64,000 nt of DNA from the IMG/VR virus record IMGVR_UViG_3300005099_000100, positions 3,032 to 67,031 of that record; one strand, 5' to 3'. Under the pieces are notes generated by a model, which had not been told where the DNA came from, did not search any database, and was given only the letters and a program-made list of their open reading frames with translations. The stretch is from a virus. Position 1 is the first letter of the stretch. Each line of letters starts with the position of its first letter. Below, piece after piece: positions 19,539 through 28,672 of the stretch. The position numbers and the translations under genes were made by a program.

Positions 19539-20471
19539 ATGCCTAACCCTAACTTACAAATGTTTAGATCGGACACATTAGTAGAAATAGGAACCGAAAC
19601 AAACCCCATAGATTTTGGCTTTTGTAAAGCAGGGGAGACTACTACTCTTCCTTATGATATTTTATTATATAATGATAAAGACGGTTCTCTTAACTCTGAC
19701 TTAGCTAAAGATATTGAGATAGAGTTATTACGTTTGTTTTTAACTCAAGTAGAGACTAGTAACGGTTTGCCCTCTCAACAGTTTACTGTTAATTATCATC
19801 CTGTAGTAGAAGATGAAATATTTGAAATAGATGTTGCGGGAAAAAAGTGGAGAAAAGTTGACTCTTTTACTGGTTTAAGTGAAGATGATGAAGTTTATAC
19901 ATTTGATTTTACTACCGGTTTATTAACCTTTGGTAATGGAGTAGAAGGTAAGATTCCTCCTATAGGATCTGAAATTAAAATAATTTATACCCCAGATTTA
20001 AACACTTACGGTAAACTTGTTTATGAAGAGCAATGGTTAAGTGTGAAATCTTCAGGAGTTGTATCTCATGAGTTACATGTTACTTTAGAAGAGAGTGTAA
20101 AAGAAGATAATAATACCATTCAAGTACTAAATTATCCCCAAGTTACTGAAGTTATAGGTGTATGGGACAACCCATCTAAAACAGGTACTAATTATTTTAC
20201 AGGAGGATCATTTGATTCTAACACAGGTAGAGTATTTTTAGGTACTTCATTTTCAGGAAGTACTCCTTATGTAGAGTATAAATATAAAATACAAGATGAT
20301 AATGAAGTAGGTTTTACCTCTCTAGGTAATGGGGAAAAACACAACTTTGTAAATCCTATTCCTTCTCAGAATGCTAAAAAGTTACAACTATCAGTAACGG
20401 TCCCTTCTACCGCAAGTACTGAAGGAGGAGCTTACATAAAAGTTATTCTTAGAATTTACTATAATTTTTAG
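19539..20471 (+). CDS. Tail/baseplate-associated structural protein
   Basis: YTFDFTTGLLTFGNGVEGKIPP resembles baseplate-wedge motifs; follows the tape measure. Confidence 0.5.
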   Translation: MPNPNLQMFRSDTLVEIGTETNPIDFGFCKAGETTTLPYDILLYNDKDGSLNSDLAKDIEIELLRLFLTQVETSNGLPSQQFTVNYHPVVEDEIFEIDVAGKKWRKVDSFTGLSEDDEVYTFDFTTGLLTFGNGVEGKIPPIGSEIKIIYTPDLNTYGKLVYEEQWLSVKSSGVVSHELHVTLEESVKEDNNTIQVLNYPQVTEVIGVWDNPSKTGTNYFTGGSFDSNTGRVFLGTSFSGSTPYVEYKYKIQDDNEVGFTSLGNGEKHNFVNPIPSQNAKKLQLSVTVPSTASTEGGAYIKVILRIYYNF

Positions 20472-20486
20472 AAAGGAGGTGATTAA

Positions 20487-20966
20487 ATGAGTGCAACTTT
20501 TCAATGGTCTGAGAGTAACGGAGTTAGTGAAACAGTAACTGATGGTATATCTAATTTGAACTTTGGGAGTGTAGATTCTCCTAATTTAAGCCCATCGAGT
20601 TATCCGATTGTAGCAGGTCAAAATTCGTTTGAGAAATTTATCAGAGCTAAGTTTAGTGGATCTTTTACAGAAATATCTAATATGAAGTTTTGGAAATCCT
20701 CAGGGGACTATAAAACAGGTGAAGTTATTAAAGCAGCTGCTAATGTATCATATTCGACACCTACTAGTAGTACATCAATTATCGCTACGTCAGATATACC
20801 TACTTCTGAAGGTTCTGCGTTATCAATACAAGCTTCAGACGGTAATAGTAAAATCACATCTCCCGGATATACAAAATATATATGTTTACAGTTACAAACT
20901 ACAGCTAGTACTCCTGCAGGGTCGCTTAATACTAAAACATTTACGTTTCAATATGATGAGATTTAA
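20487..20966 (+). CDS. Virion structural protein (S/T-rich beta protein)
   Basis: Strong SD; located in the tail module. Confidence 0.5.
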   Translation: MSATFQWSESNGVSETVTDGISNLNFGSVDSPNLSPSSYPIVAGQNSFEKFIRAKFSGSFTEISNMKFWKSSGDYKTGEVIKAAANVSYSTPTSSTSIIATSDIPTSEGSALSIQASDGNSKITSPGYTKYICLQLQTTASTPAGSLNTKTFTFQYDEI

Positions 20967-21010
20967 AGTAGAAGGAGTAGTCAATACAATGAAAAGGAGG
21001 TTCCAATACA

Positions 21011-21451
21011 ATGGATATAGAAATAAAAAGACCCAAGTTAAAACTAACGTGGCATGCTTATTTTAATGATAATACTCATATTGATCAGTATAATGTTGTT
21101 ACAAATACTGAGAATCCTTTTCAAACAGTTCTAGATAAATTTGATAAACTTGTATTATTTGAATTAACCCACCTATATAAACCTCTAACTATTAAAGTAG
21201 ATGTTTTAAATGGAAACATTTTAATAAATAATTCTACTTTCATTTTAAATAAGTATCCTAAGCATAATATTCGTCTTATATATTTCAGACGTAATAAAGT
21301 AGATATAGATGTAAAAGGTGAAGCATTTAATCATAGAGTGTTTTATTTTATAGGATATCAATATAATACCGCTAAAGGAGAAAATAGGAAAGTTATATTA
21401 GTAGTAGATCAAGAAGGTAACATGTCAATAGGAGATGATCATGACTTTTAA
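21011..21451 (+). CDS. Hypothetical protein
   Basis: SD AGGAGG; RLIYFRR..YFIGYQ motif. Confidence 0.6.
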   Translation: MDIEIKRPKLKLTWHAYFNDNTHIDQYNVVTNTENPFQTVLDKFDKLVLFELTHLYKPLTIKVDVLNGNILINNSTFILNKYPKHNIRLIYFRRNKVDIDVKGEAFNHRVFYFIGYQYNTAKGENRKVILVVDQEGNMSIGDDHDF

Positions 21452-21635
21452 AGATTACATAAAATTTAGGTTAAGTAGTGCTAGTTTTAAAGACATGGAC
21501 TCAAAAAAGGATATACTTAACGATATCTATAAAGAGTTAGAGAGTAAAGGTATGCACCATTCTGAAATTTTTACTCTTATCAATGAAGTGATTATAGAAA
21601 AACTTCTAAAATTAAAACAAGATTTATTAAAATGA
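21435..21635 (+). CDS. Hypothetical protein
   Basis: Coupled small ORF. Confidence 0.45.
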   Translation: MIMTFKDYIKFRLSSASFKDMDSKKDILNDIYKELESKGMHHSEIFTLINEVIIEKLLKLKQDLLK

Positions 21636-21841
21636 AAGGCATATTAAAGTTTAATTTACCAGAAGAAGAGAACGAATTTAAACTAGCTTTAAGAGCTTCC
21701 GATTATTTTTCTTTGCTTTTTGGTTTAGACCAAGAGTTAAGGGGTTTTCAAAAATATGGGCATAACTTTAAAAGTATAGATGAATTAATAGACTATATAA
21801 GAAAAAGAATTTCAGAAGTAGAAATATACGATATAGAATAA
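21632..21841 (+). CDS. Hypothetical phage protein
   Basis: MKGILKFNLPEE N-terminus, common in small phage proteins. Confidence 0.6.
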   Translation: MKGILKFNLPEEENEFKLALRASDYFSLLFGLDQELRGFQKYGHNFKSIDELIDYIRKRISEVEIYDIE

Positions 21842-21987
21842 TGAACGATTTAGAGTTAATTAGAAAAATCAGGAAAATATGGCGAATTAATCCTAAAACT
21901 AGGGTTAAACCTAAAAAGAGATTTTATAACCGAGCAAAGGAAAAAGAAAGTTTAAGAAAAGAGTTAAAGAGAGAGTTATATGGCTGA
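21841..21987 (+). CDS. Small basic protein (48 aa, not in ORF track)
   Basis: TAATG overlap; MNDLELIRKIRKIWRINPKTRVKPKKRFYNR... Confidence 0.55.
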   Translation: MNDLELIRKIRKIWRINPKTRVKPKKRFYNRAKEKESLRKELKRELYG

Positions 21988-24900
21988 TATTTATGTAAGT
22001 CCTACAGGAAGTGATACTACAGGTGATGGTAGTTATAACAATCCTTATCGTCATATTTATTATGCTATAGGACAAGCTTCTGACGGAGATACTGTAATAG
22101 CCAAAGCAGGGACTTATCACGAAGGTGATGGAGTAACTATAACTAATAAAAGTGTAACTCTTAAATCAGAAAGCGAAAATTTTGAAGATGTTACTATTAT
22201 AGTAGATGGATACGATTCTGGTTATTATACTGCTGCTTATATAGTTTTGCAGATGACATCATCATATACTTTTACTGTGAAAGGTATTACTTTTAAATGG
22301 GGAAGTGCAACTTATTCTAATGCTAAGATTTTTATAGCTATGGATTCTAATGCCCCTAATATTATCGCAACTTATAGTTTTTTTGATGGATCTGGAATTC
22401 CTTCTGGAGATCATCATATAGGAATAGGAGGTCGTCGTAGTTATAATATAAAGGTTTATAAATGTAGTTTTAGACATTTTAAAAGTGATATATGGTCTGG
22501 GGGAGTAGTTGTTTGGGATAATAATAATACTGTAGATGCTAAAGATTGTATTTTTGAAGATTGTGAATATGGTATTAAAAATTATACTGGAACTCTTACC
22601 GAAGATTATAATTGTTTTTATAATAATACTTATAATTTATATTCTGGGAGTTTAGGAACTAATGATATAGTATCCGACCCTAAATTTACTTCAAGTTCTT
22701 CTGCTCAAATACAAAATGATTCTCCCTGTAAAAACTCAGGAACTACTATCACAGGATATGTAGAAGATTACGAAGGAGATAATCCTGATATAGGAGCATA
22801 TGAAGTTCCGGGACCAACACAACAAACAATTAGCTCAGATTCAATTATTAAAGGAACTACTCAACAAAATATAAATAGTGATAGTAAAATTATAAATAAT
22901 AGAAACTCATCTACTATTCAATCAGAAGGTGTTATAAAAAGAACATCTCAACAAACTATAACTTCTGATACAGAAATTAGCTCCCCATTAACTCAACAAC
23001 AGATTAATTCAGATACTACTATAGTAATAAGGCGTCAAGAACACATCAATTCAAATAGTTTTATAAAATATTTTAAAGATTTTTATGCTAGATGTAGAGT
23101 ATCTCAAAGTTCTCATAAGGATTTTAATACTCAATTTAAAATTAATCAACCTACTCCAATTGATCCTACTGGATTAAGTTGTACTGATTTACACACGGGA
23201 GAAGCTGTAGAACTTACTTGGAATGATGTAGGTAACTATGGATACAACGTATATAAAGATGTAGGAGGTTCTTGGGCAAAGCTGAATAAAACTGTTATTA
23301 CAGGCACTCATTATATCGCTGGTGATTTAACTGCTAATGTTAGCTATACGTTTAAAGTAACGGGTGTTAATGGTATAGATGAAGAGAGTAGTGGTACTAC
23401 TATAAGTGGATGTACTCCTACCTTTAATTTGGAAGAACTATCTAAGGCTCCTATTTATAAAATTTATATAGATGGAGTTGAATTACAAGATGCGATCTTA
23501 GAGAGAATCGAACTTGTTTATGGACCGTCATTTTCTACTGCAACCTTTTATTTACCTACTAGACACGATACTCCAGGAATACCGGATGCTAATAGACAAG
23601 AAGTTACTATTTATATAAATAATCGCTTAGTATTTACGGGTAGACTTGTTAAACGTACTGATGTTTACGATGCAACCTCTATTAGAGTCAACTACGAAGC
23701 TTATAGTAAATTATGGGATTATACTTTATATACTGCGGGTAAAAACTTTAATGTATCTGATGGGAGACATAATAAAAAGTCTATATCAGTTTCCTCAGTA
23801 TTATCAGGTTCAGGTTGTCCTTCAGGATTACCTGGTACTTTATATGGCGAAGTAAGAGTAGCTGATATGACTCGCTTAGAGGTTATGACTGATATGATTA
23901 GATACGCAGGTAATTATAAGATATATACCTCACCTAGTGGAATTACTAGTTATTATAAAGTAGGAAATCCCGCCACAAAACGTACTTACGAAATAGGTAA
24001 ACACATTTTAGATTACGAAATGACCAAAGATATCTCAAATAAGATAACAAGCATAGTAGTTAAAACTACTAATAGTTCCAAACGCATTAACACACGATTA
24101 TATTTTATGCAGAGTAATTATCCGTTTATATATTATGATTCTAGTAGTGACAAAATGATATATAACGATCAGATATCTAATTTACACAAAGATAAGGATG
24201 GTAATTACTATTTTCAGTTTCTTTTAGGTAAGGTCACAGATGTTAGAGTGTTTGCACTAGTTAACAAAAAACCCGAGGTACTTAAATTTTCGGATTTATC
24301 GGTAACTCCTGGGCATATTATTGATATAGATTTATCTATATCCGATGATAAACATTTAGCGACTTTTACACGTGTATCAGATATAATAGAGTCGCTAGCT
24401 ATACGTGATGACTCAGGTAACATGACTGGTCTTAAAAGATGGCCTGATGGATCTTCTGGGTCTAAAAGGGTTGTACTCAGCTATAGAACGTTTAAACCTG
24501 CATTTAAAAGTATAGGAGCTAACGTAAGTTATGGTAGATCAAGTACTACTGTTACCATACCTAATGTACCCGTTACTTATGTACCTTTTGTATTAAAGGC
24601 TACGACTAAGTTTATAGTATCTACAGATACTGGAGCTTCAGAACAGTTAACACCTGTGTATGTTATGTTAGATCCATGGCAATATTTGACGACTATTGCC
24701 ATTGTATATACTTATGAGAGTAACAACTATATTATAGTTAGTTCCTCAGTAGGACTAAATGGAGCTCATCGAACTATTCATGAGAATATTGATGTTTTTG
24801 AGTCAGTTAGTATACCTAGTTATATACCTTATGAGAATTATCCTAAAGAAAACTATAATGAAGTACTTAGCTATTTAAGTAATAGAGCTTCTGCGTATAT

Positions 24901-25246
24901 CCAACATGTTAATGAGGAAGATCAAAAAGGTAGAATCTCTATTATAGGAGACGAGACCTTAGATTTAAGAACTCAAGTAAATGGGTTAGAAGTAGTTAGA
25001 ATAACTCACGACTTTACAAATGGTTTTATTACTCACATAGATCTGACTAATGAAAAATTTTATAGAGGTGAAGTTAGTACTCCTGAGCTAAGTACTACTA
25101 CTATTAAATCTAGGGTGTTTAAAGATGAGTCTTCTGTTCATGATGTTAATTTAGATGTGGATAAATTAAAAGAACTAAGTGGTTTAATAAATAAAGTTAA
25201 AAACCCTCAAAAGCTGGGAGGAGAAGGTACTGTATATACCGATTAG
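21980..25246 (+). CDS. Large tail protein: pectin-lyase-like beta-helix + repeats + FnIII + tail hub-like region
   Basis: YVSPTGSDTTGDGS..PY N-terminus, PDIGAYE, FnIII-like LTW..GYNVY..YTFKVTGVN. Confidence 0.7.
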   Translation: MADIYVSPTGSDTTGDGSYNNPYRHIYYAIGQASDGDTVIAKAGTYHEGDGVTITNKSVTLKSESENFEDVTIIVDGYDSGYYTAAYIVLQMTSSYTFTVKGITFKWGSATYSNAKIFIAMDSNAPNIIATYSFFDGSGIPSGDHHIGIGGRRSYNIKVYKCSFRHFKSDIWSGGVVVWDNNNTVDAKDCIFEDCEYGIKNYTGTLTEDYNCFYNNTYNLYSGSLGTNDIVSDPKFTSSSSAQIQNDSPCKNSGTTITGYVEDYEGDNPDIGAYEVPGPTQQTISSDSIIKGTTQQNINSDSKIINNRNSSTIQSEGVIKRTSQQTITSDTEISSPLTQQQINSDTTIVIRRQEHINSNSFIKYFKDFYARCRVSQSSHKDFNTQFKINQPTPIDPTGLSCTDLHTGEAVELTWNDVGNYGYNVYKDVGGSWAKLNKTVITGTHYIAGDLTANVSYTFKVTGVNGIDEESSGTTISGCTPTFNLEELSKAPIYKIYIDGVELQDAILERIELVYGPSFSTATFYLPTRHDTPGIPDANRQEVTIYINNRLVFTGRLVKRTDVYDATSIRVNYEAYSKLWDYTLYTAGKNFNVSDGRHNKKSISVSSVLSGSGCPSGLPGTLYGEVRVADMTRLEVMTDMIRYAGNYKIYTSPSGITSYYKVGNPATKRTYEIGKHILDYEMTKDISNKITSIVVKTTNSSKRINTRLYFMQSNYPFIYYDSSSDKMIYNDQISNLHKDKDGNYYFQFLLGKVTDVRVFALVNKKPEVLKFSDLSVTPGHIIDIDLSISDDKHLATFTRVSDIIESLAIRDDSGNMTGLKRWPDGSSGSKRVVLSYRTFKPAFKSIGANVSYGRSSTTVTIPNVPVTYVPFVLKATTKFIVSTDTGASEQLTPVYVMLDPWQYLTTIAIVYTYESNNYIIVSSSVGLNGAHRTIHENIDVFESVSIPSYIPYENYPKENYNEVLSYLSNRASAYIQHVNEEDQKGRISIIGDETLDLRTQVNGLEVVRITHDFTNGFITHIDLTNEKFYRGEVSTPELSTTTIKSRVFKDESSVHDVNLDVDKLKELSGLINKVKNPQKLGGEGTVYTD

Positions 25247-25248
25247 TT

Positions 25249-26598
25249 ATGGATAAATGTCCTATATGTAAAAACTATATTACTTCTAATAGAGGAATAA
25301 GAGGATCTCAGGGAGTAGATGAAAATGGAGACCCCGTTCCTTTTTGGACTGAAGACCCTTTGTTAACTCCTTTAGGTTTAGCGGGGAATAATTATAAAGG
25401 AAGAAATCCTATACGAAGAATTCATATTATAGAACTTAGAAGATACTATAATGAAATCGAATCTCAATTAGGTCTGACTCCTACTAGCTGGGTTGAAGAA
25501 CTTAGAGTAGGTACTCCTGTTAGAAAACAACATATAGTAGAGTTAAGGCAAGTAGTTGAGAGAATATTAGATAAATTAGGATTAACTATAGCTGACTATT
25601 TTAAATATGACAGATTAGGTAACGAAACAGGTTACACTCAAACGGATTGGACTGATATAGATAGAAGTGAAGGAATACCTAATATACCTAAAACTACTCC
25701 TGTCAGAGCTATGCATATTGAGGAATTAAGAAAAGGAATGTATATACTTACTTACTGGATTGAAAGTTGGAAATCTTCTCCTATACCTGATGTAAATACT
25801 CTGGTATTAGATAAAGAGGAAGATTTACACTTTTTCGTCAAAGATTATAGATGGAAATTAGATACTGTATTTAGATACTCCGGTGATACTAGATTCATTC
25901 TTTCTAATTTACAAGGATCTTACATACAATGTACTACTTTAAACGATATACGCGCTATTCTTGAAACTATTGGGGAAAGAAGGGATTCCCCTAGTAGACA
26001 CCCGTATTTTACCGCAAGTACTCCCATAAAAAAAGACAGTCAAGTTTTATATTGCGACATTTCATTAAAAGATTTATATATTTTTGATGAGTACTTTATT
26101 AAATATGTAAATGACGGTGAAGTACCTCCTGACATTATAGATAACTTTGAGAAGAGAGCATATACGTCTGGCCCCCCTGGAGGGGGTTATATAACTTGGC
26201 CTACATATCCTGGTAACATAAACATATACGTATATTTTAAATTTCGAGGAGTATATAATTATTCGGAGAACGCGGAGGGTACTTTTTATATATTAAAGGC
26301 TGTAGTAGATACTAATCAAGTCCTCGAAGATTTATCAGGGAAGGTACCTCATATTTATGATACTTTTTATACAACTCCTACAACTATTTCAATAGATTTG
26401 TCTTCGTTTTTAGAGCCAACATTAGATCCTACAAGGTTTTACATAGATCATATACGTTTTGATTTTACTACATATCATGGAGATCCTTTATTTTATATAT
26501 ATGTTCCAGATGGTAAAGATGCATATGTATATGGTAGAACTTATTCTAGGTGTGATATAGATAGTATTAAATTATATTATAAAAATACGGGAGGATAA
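25249..26598 (+). CDS. Tail-associated protein with three HIxELR motifs
   Basis: PIRRIHIIELR, PVRKQHIVELR, PVRAMHIEELR. Confidence 0.5.
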   Translation: MDKCPICKNYITSNRGIRGSQGVDENGDPVPFWTEDPLLTPLGLAGNNYKGRNPIRRIHIIELRRYYNEIESQLGLTPTSWVEELRVGTPVRKQHIVELRQVVERILDKLGLTIADYFKYDRLGNETGYTQTDWTDIDRSEGIPNIPKTTPVRAMHIEELRKGMYILTYWIESWKSSPIPDVNTLVLDKEEDLHFFVKDYRWKLDTVFRYSGDTRFILSNLQGSYIQCTTLNDIRAILETIGERRDSPSRHPYFTASTPIKKDSQVLYCDISLKDLYIFDEYFIKYVNDGEVPPDIIDNFEKRAYTSGPPGGGYITWPTYPGNINIYVYFKFRGVYNYSENAEGTFYILKAVVDTNQVLEDLSGKVPHIYDTFYTTPTTISIDLSSFLEPTLDPTRFYIDHIRFDFTTYHGDPLFYIYVPDGKDAYVYGRTYSRCDIDSIKLYYKNTGG

Positions 26599-26599
26599 T

Positions 26600-27367
26600 A
26601 TGACTTATAAATTTTCAGTAGGTAAAGTTAAATTATATCAAAACGGAATACTTAAAAAAGAAATTATTCCTTTAACTGAAATAGGTATTAGATACTCGCT
26701 TACTACTCACCAAGAGAGAGGTCCTGATGGCGAACTTATTGATGAATTTAAAGATACTGAATCTTTAGAGGTAAGTTTTGCTTACGCTACTGACGATTAC
26801 GATCTTAACTTGATTAAAGGTGAAGACTATGATATTACTTTTGAACAAACAACAGAAGGTAGAGGTATATCAGTAACTATAGCGAGTTGTAAATTAACGG
26901 GATATGAGTTAACTACTACTCAAAATAGTTTTGCTACAACAAGAGTGACCTTTTCTAAAAAAGGAGCTATTGATTCTAGTCCTGGGGAAGAGTCTACTAA
27001 ACAAAAAGTTAAGTTTGGTAGTGTTTATTTAGGAGATTCAGCTATAGTAAATACCTCTTACGATGGAAATGTTCAAACCCTAATAATTCCTACCGCTTTA
27101 GGAGTACTTATTAGATCTACTCAAGATATGGGAGGAGGAGCATTAAAGATTACTGTTAGAGGATACGTTAAAAAAGATACTAGGTTAGAACTCGAACAGT
27201 ATCTAATTAACCTCTATAGTCAGTTATCTACTGGAAAACAAGATCTTACTGTTGAATACGGTGCTTCTTCTTATACTATTCCTAATTGTTATTGGGTTAG
27301 TGGGCGTCCTGAAGGTGATAAAACTTATAGTAACTTTACTTTGGAATTTGTTAAGAGTGCGTACTAA
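26600..27367 (+). CDS. Tail-tube paralogue / distal tail protein
   Basis: KFSVGKVKL and RGIS..CK..TQ..F match 16031-16405. Confidence 0.5.
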   Translation: MTYKFSVGKVKLYQNGILKKEIIPLTEIGIRYSLTTHQERGPDGELIDEFKDTESLEVSFAYATDDYDLNLIKGEDYDITFEQTTEGRGISVTIASCKLTGYELTTTQNSFATTRVTFSKKGAIDSSPGEESTKQKVKFGSVYLGDSAIVNTSYDGNVQTLIIPTALGVLIRSTQDMGGGALKITVRGYVKKDTRLELEQYLINLYSQLSTGKQDLTVEYGASSYTIPNCYWVSGRPEGDKTYSNFTLEFVKSAY

Positions 27368-27939
27368 TCTAGAGCTTCTAAAATAGGTAGGATATTTCTC
27401 TTTCCTTTTATTTTTGCAGTTTTTGAAAATTCATTAAGAAGTGTAGCTGTTACAGGTAAAGATTCAGTAAAAGACTTCAGCTTAGTTCCTAATAAGGTTT
27501 TGTTATCTTTGTAACTCCATTTATTTATACCAATAGCAAAAGTTTCTTTATTATAATTACATAATAAAGTTCCTATTAAAGACAAGTTAATTGTGACATC
27601 TTTACTTATAATACCTGTAGTATCTATTGATGACGATACATAATGTTTATTGATAGCCTTAATAGGTATTGCTTTTACAAAATATACAGACTTATTTCCT
27701 TTAACTTTTATGTATTGCTGAGATTTCTTTAATACTTTACCTTTTACTTTAATAGTTTGAGTAAACTTAAATGATTTAGTTCCTATAACATCAATATATC
27801 TAACAAATAATCGATAACCTCCTCCAACACGGATGATTCGTTTACGAATATAATCCAGTATTCCTTTAACCGATAAGCTTACAGCCTTTTTAATACCTAG
27901 AACACCTTTTGTAACTAATGTTAAACCTCTAATTTTCAT
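27364..27939 (-). CDS. Hypothetical protein with ~14-aa beta repeats
   Basis: IxVxG periodicity; coupled to the upstream gene. Confidence 0.5.
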   Translation of the reverse strand: MKIRGLTLVTKGVLGIKKAVSLSVKGILDYIRKRIIRVGGGYRLFVRYIDVIGTKSFKFTQTIKVKGKVLKKSQQYIKVKGNKSVYFVKAIPIKAINKHYVSSSIDTTGIISKDVTINLSLIGTLLCNYNKETFAIGINKWSYKDNKTLLGTKLKSFTESLPVTATLLNEFSKTAKIKGKRNILPILEALD

Positions 27940-28421
27940 TGTTTTACAACCTTATAATCAGTTACATTACCACTAGAATCATGTACTGCTGTTACTTTAT
28001 AGGACGCGATAGGATTTTGATCATTTTCGAGATCGGAAGGATTATTATATATTTTAATAACTCCTTCAATGAGATTTCCTTTGGAATCATATATAGGGTT
28101 CATAAGACGATAATTTTCTTGAGTTAGCCCTAAGATCCTTGTTATTTTATCATATATGTCAGTCACTACTATTGTCTCTATTGCATTCTCAAACTTAGAA
28201 GGAGTAATATACTCTATTCTATACTGACCTGGCTCTGAAAAAGATGTAGATGCTCTGTATATATTCGAATACTCAGTAAGTGTACCAGAGGCTACTAGTG
28301 AATTATCACTACTTTTATAAATATTATAAATAACTGTTAATCCACTTGCAAAGTTCCCTAATTTATCAGTAATATAAATTTCTAAATAATAAGGTTGATT
28401 TACTCTAACTTCAGTTTTCAT
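27936..28421 (-). CDS. Hypothetical virion protein (Ig-like)
   Basis: Beta-rich, PGQYRIEY; lies in the portal operon. Confidence 0.5.
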   Translation of the reverse strand: MKTEVRVNQPYYLEIYITDKLGNFASGLTVIYNIYKSSDNSLVASGTLTEYSNIYRASTSFSEPGQYRIEYITPSKFENAIETIVVTDIYDKITRILGLTQENYRLMNPIYDSKGNLIEGVIKIYNNPSDLENDQNPIASYKVTAVHDSSGNVTDYKVVKQ

Positions 28422-28426
28422 ATGGA

Positions 28427-28657
28427 TTACGTTATTCTTTCTGTAGTTAGATTACCGTTGTCGTCTATTTTTAGTTTCCATTTAGATCCATTGGGGCTTT
28501 TTAAAACCAACGATTCAGAAATTCCATCAGCATCATCGTTAGAATATTGTTCTATTATAACGTGATTACTGTTATTTACTAGATGTTCCGTAACTTCCGA
28601 AGCAGTGGTAAATATAATTCCACACGAAATACACCTAAATTTGAAACTCGCTTTCAT
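28427..28657 (-). CDS. Small protein with C2H2-like zinc finger
   Basis: CISC-x12-H-x6-H followed by LKSPNG..WKLKIDDNGNL; SD GGAGG. Confidence 0.55.
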   Translation of the reverse strand: MKASFKFRCISCGIIFTTASEVTEHLVNNSNHVIIEQYSNDDADGISESLVLKSPNGSKWKLKIDDNGNLTTERIT

Positions 28658-28672
28658 TAATATTACCTCCTA

